Assembly: GCF_018977255.1 (NCBI RefSeq)
Contig: NW_024704742.1
Location: 19,966,001-20,030,000 of the forward strand
DNA length: 64,000 nt
Reading direction: 5' to 3'
Origin: Callorhinchus milii
Taxonomy: Eukaryota
This document shows, piece after piece, positions 63,200 to 64,000 of this stretch. The position numbers and the translations under genes are program-made. The notes below the pieces were generated by a model. It searched no databases and was not told the origin of the DNA. It worked only from the letters and a program-made list of their open reading frames with translations. Each line of letters opens with the position of its first letter. The stretch's first letter is position 1.

Positions 63200-63495
63200 C
63201 TCTTGGCTTGCGTTGAAAGAGAGCTTGGATTAGCAGTATTAAACTTACTCCCATGGCACTATTCAAAAAAGAGAAGGGAGATTCTCAGTGTCCTGGCCAA
63301 CAATCCCCCAAATAAAATTGGATCTTCAATCCTTGGCTGTTTGTGGGGATATTTCTATATGCAAATTGGCTGCCACTTCCACCCACATGACACAGTTACT
63401 TCACTTTGCAATATACCCCGTGAAGCACTTTGGGACGTCATCCTGACGTGAAAGATGCCATATTAAATACAAGGAATATTACTATTATTTATTAC
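63200..63495 (+). mobile_element. Deu-domain SINE 3' half (a second partial copy follows at about 63545-63690)
   Basis: CCCATGGCACTATTC..GGGAGATTCTCAGTGTCCTGGCCAA..GCAAATTGGCTGCC..GGGACGTCATCCTGACGTGAAAG..AAATACAAGG. Confidence 0.75.
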
Positions 63496-64000
63496 CATCC
63501 TACAGTTGAGACTCAAGGTGACCCAAGTCCCAGCTCGGGAGAATGTTAAAGATCCTATAGCACTAATTAAACAGAGAAGGGAGTTTTCCCAGATGTCCTA
63601 GCCAACAATCCTCCAGATAAATTATCATTCACTTCATTGCTGTTTGTAATTCCTTGCTATGTGCAAATTAGCTGCTGTATTTTTCTGCCCACAAATGTTA
63701 CAGGTTAAAATAATTACAGCGAGAAGGAAAGGAATATCAAAGGTCCCATGGTTAAATGGAGTTGAGAACAAAATTTAAGTTTAAAATAGATATGACAGTG
63801 CATAAAATAATTTTGAGGAATAGAAAAGATTTAGAGGGGAAACGAAACAAAGGAACTCAGACTATCGTTCTGTTGTACATGAACAGCTGAGTATTGTGCT
63901 TAGCAGAATATTTGATCCCTTATGTAGCGATGACCATAACCATATGCAATATTCAAGGTGGAGTCTGACCAGAGAACTGTTCAGCAACAACTCGAATTTA

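Overview
Eukaryotic, AT-rich vertebrate genomic DNA. The repeat content (tRNA/Deu-domain SINEs with L2-type tails, L2 and CR1 LINE fragments) suggests a cartilaginous fish, possibly a chimaera; this is inference. Positions 1 to about 52.1 kb hold the 3' part of a + strand RAPGEF2 (PDZ-GEF1/CNrasGEF) gene. I reconstructed 21 coding exons with GT-AG boundaries and consistent phases: end of the cNMP-binding domain, REM, PDZ, RA, CDC25 RasGEF, and a disordered tail ending -EQVSAV*. This gives about 1304 aa without the optional 117-nt exon, followed by a ~1.65-kb 3' UTR. The 5' exons lie upstream of the window. Introns and the downstream intergenic region carry many SINEs, L2/CR1 fragments, a 5'-truncated Tx1-clade LINE and a decayed Charlie/Buster-type hAT transposon. 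No clearly new biological system is evident. The most unusual items are: a 78-bp intronic copy of RAPGEF2 coding sequence, a ~420-bp intronic palindrome, a Tx1 insertion flanked by a shared 16-bp unit and a 58-bp fold-back, a SINE with twin-priming geometry, and several alternative-splicing features.
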